A DNA stretch of 49,592 nucleotides from Candidatus Rokuibacteriota bacterium (lineage in GTDB: Bacteria > JAUVQV01 > DATDCY01), in the NCBI GenBank assembly GCA_031406795.1, contig JANOHV010000244.1, positions 1 through 49,592 of the forward strand, in the 5' to 3' direction. The translations under genes were made by a program, and so were the position numbers. The notes beneath the pieces were generated by a model, which was not told the origin of the DNA, searched no databases, and saw only the letters and a list, made by a program, of their open reading frames with translations. Below are positions 48,169-49,592 of the stretch, one piece after another (the stretch's first letter is position 1; every line of letters starts with the position of its first letter).

Positions 48169-49592
48169 CTAGCCCAGCCAGCGCTCACGCCACATGCCGA
48201 AAACCAGCAGCGACCAGAGCCGATACTGGTGGTCGCGGGCGCCCGCGAGGTGCTCGTCGATCAGCCGCGTCACCCCTTCCGGCTTCAGGAATCCCTCCCG
48301 CCGCACTCGCTCCGGCGACAGATACTCGTCGAGCAGCGGCCGCAGCTCGTTGCGCAGCCAGCGGTTCAGGGGAATCCCGAAGCCCATCTTGGGCCGCTCA
48401 ACCAGCCCGGGGGGGACGAGTTCGTGCAGCGCCCTGCGCAGCAGGTATTTCTTCGTGCAGCCGTTTCGCTTGAGCCCCAGCGGGAGACGCGCCGCGAACT
48501 CGACGATCCGGTGGTCCAGCAGCGGGACGCGCGCCTCGAGAGCGTACGCCATCGAGGCGCGGTCGACCTTCGTCAGGATGTCGTCGGGGAGGTAAGTCAG
48601 GATGTCGGTCGCCATCGCGCGCTCCTCGATGCCGCCCCAGCGCCGGTCGCGGAAGGCCGTGAACCAGGGCAACGCGCCGTCGTCGACGACCTCGGGGACG
48701 ATCTCGGGCAGCCGCCGGCGCTCGATGATGCCCACCGTGTGAAAGTACAGCTGCGCCTCGTCGTCGTGCAGCAGAGACTCGGCGGCCCGCTGGACCTTGT
48801 GGATCGGAATTCGCCCAAGCAGTCGGCAGGCGGGGACTCGCAGCGCCGCGGGCACGATTTTCAGCAGCCCCGCGTACCGGATCCAGTTGTAGCGGGGATA
48901 GCCGCAGAACAGCTCGTCGCCGCCGTCGCCCGAAAGACTGACCGTGACGTGCTCCCGGGTAAAAGCCGAGACGAGCATCGTCGGGATCGCCGAGGAGTCG
49001 GCGAACGGCTCGTCGTACGCCTCGGGAATCCTGCGGACGAGCGCGAGCGCCTCTGCCGCCGAACAGATTTTCTCGTGGTGCTCGGTTCCCAGATGCGCGG
49101 CCACGGCGCGGGCGTACCCGGATTCGTCGTATCCCGACTCGGAGAAGCCGATCGAGAAGGTCTTGACCGGCCGCGCCGTTTCGCGCTGCATCAGCGCCAC
49201 GACGAGCGAAGAGTCGATGCCGCCGGAGAGGAACGCGCCGAGCGGAACATCGCTGATCATCCGGTAGCGGATCGAGGAGGCGAGCAGGCCCTTCAGCTCG
49301 TCGAAGAGGTCGGCCTCGGTGCGCCGGGCGCCGGCGGCCGGGTCCCAGCACTCGGCGAGCGACCAGTAGCGGCGCGCGCTTCGCGACCCGTCGGGGTCGA
49401 TCGCGACGATCTGCCCGGGCAGCACCTTTTCCGCGTCGCGGAAGATCGCGTGCGGGGCGGGAACGTACTGGAACGACAGGTAATGCTGCAGCGCGGCGCG
49501 GTCGACCTCCCGGGAGAAGGCGGGGCAGGCCATGATCCCTTTGAGCTCGGAGGCGAACAGCACGAGCCCCGGAGCGCGGGCGAGATAGAGCG
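48169..49592 (-). CDS. asnB: Asparagine synthase (glutamine-hydrolysing)-like amidotransferase, 5' partial
   Basis: FASELK, SDVPLGAFLSGGIDSS, LSGDGGDELFCGY, KVDRASM, EARVPLLD, RPKMGF; runs off the window edge. Confidence 0.93.
   Translation of the reverse strand, partial: LYLARAPGLVLFASELKGIMACPAFSREVDRAALQHYLSFQYVPAPHAIFRDAEKVLPGQIVAIDPDGSRSARRYWSLAECWDPAAGARRTEADLFDELKGLLASSIRYRMISDVPLGAFLSGGIDSSLVVALMQRETARPVKTFSIGFSESGYDESGYARAVAAHLGTEHHEKICSAAEALALVRRIPEAYDEPFADSSAIPTMLVSAFTREHVTVSLSGDGGDELFCGYPRYNWIRYAGLLKIVPAALRVPACRLLGRIPIHKVQRAAESLLHDDEAQLYFHTVGIIERRRLPEIVPEVVDDGALPWFTAFRDRRWGGIEERAMATDILTYLPDDILTKVDRASMAYALEARVPLLDHRIVEFAARLPLGLKRNGCTKKYLLRRALHELVPPGLVERPKMGFGIPLNRWLRNELRPLLDEYLSPERVRREGFLKPEGVTRLIDEHLAGARDHQYRLWSLLVFGMWRERWLG

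Overview
High-GC bacterial chromosomal window with no rRNA, tRNA, CRISPR array, transposase or phage genes recognised. (1) 55-20560: surface-glycan locus with six glycosyltransferases (one with seven 38-aa repeats, one trimodular), a Wzm/Wzt exporter and three stand-alone methyltransferases. Inside it is a three-gene secreted cassette (beta-helix/CBM6/PKD protein, small secreted protein, matrixin-like protease); the two large proteins share a six-repeat 44-aa FG-GAP-like C-terminal module. (2) 20575-24207: NifA-like sigma54 activator, divergent ald, and an orphan secreted protein. (3) 24228-33800: minus-strand copper module (sigma54/IHF promoter, multicopper oxidase, CusB with two YHS domains, CusA, small conserved-looking protein, FtsX-like permease, truncated ABC ATPase). 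(4) 33811-36155: groES-groEL remnant, YbhB/YbcL protein, tandem-ComFB protein, phosphodiester glycosidase-like protein, REP doublet. (5) 36289-42860: ArsR-regulated TolC-MFP-RND operon ending in a MITE-like element with nested REPs. (6) 42929-49592: USP, YyaL-like protein, DUF3047, second wzm/wzt pair (wzt cut short), glycosyltransferase remnant, second MITE, partial asnB. All family calls come from motif recognition by eye, not database searches.
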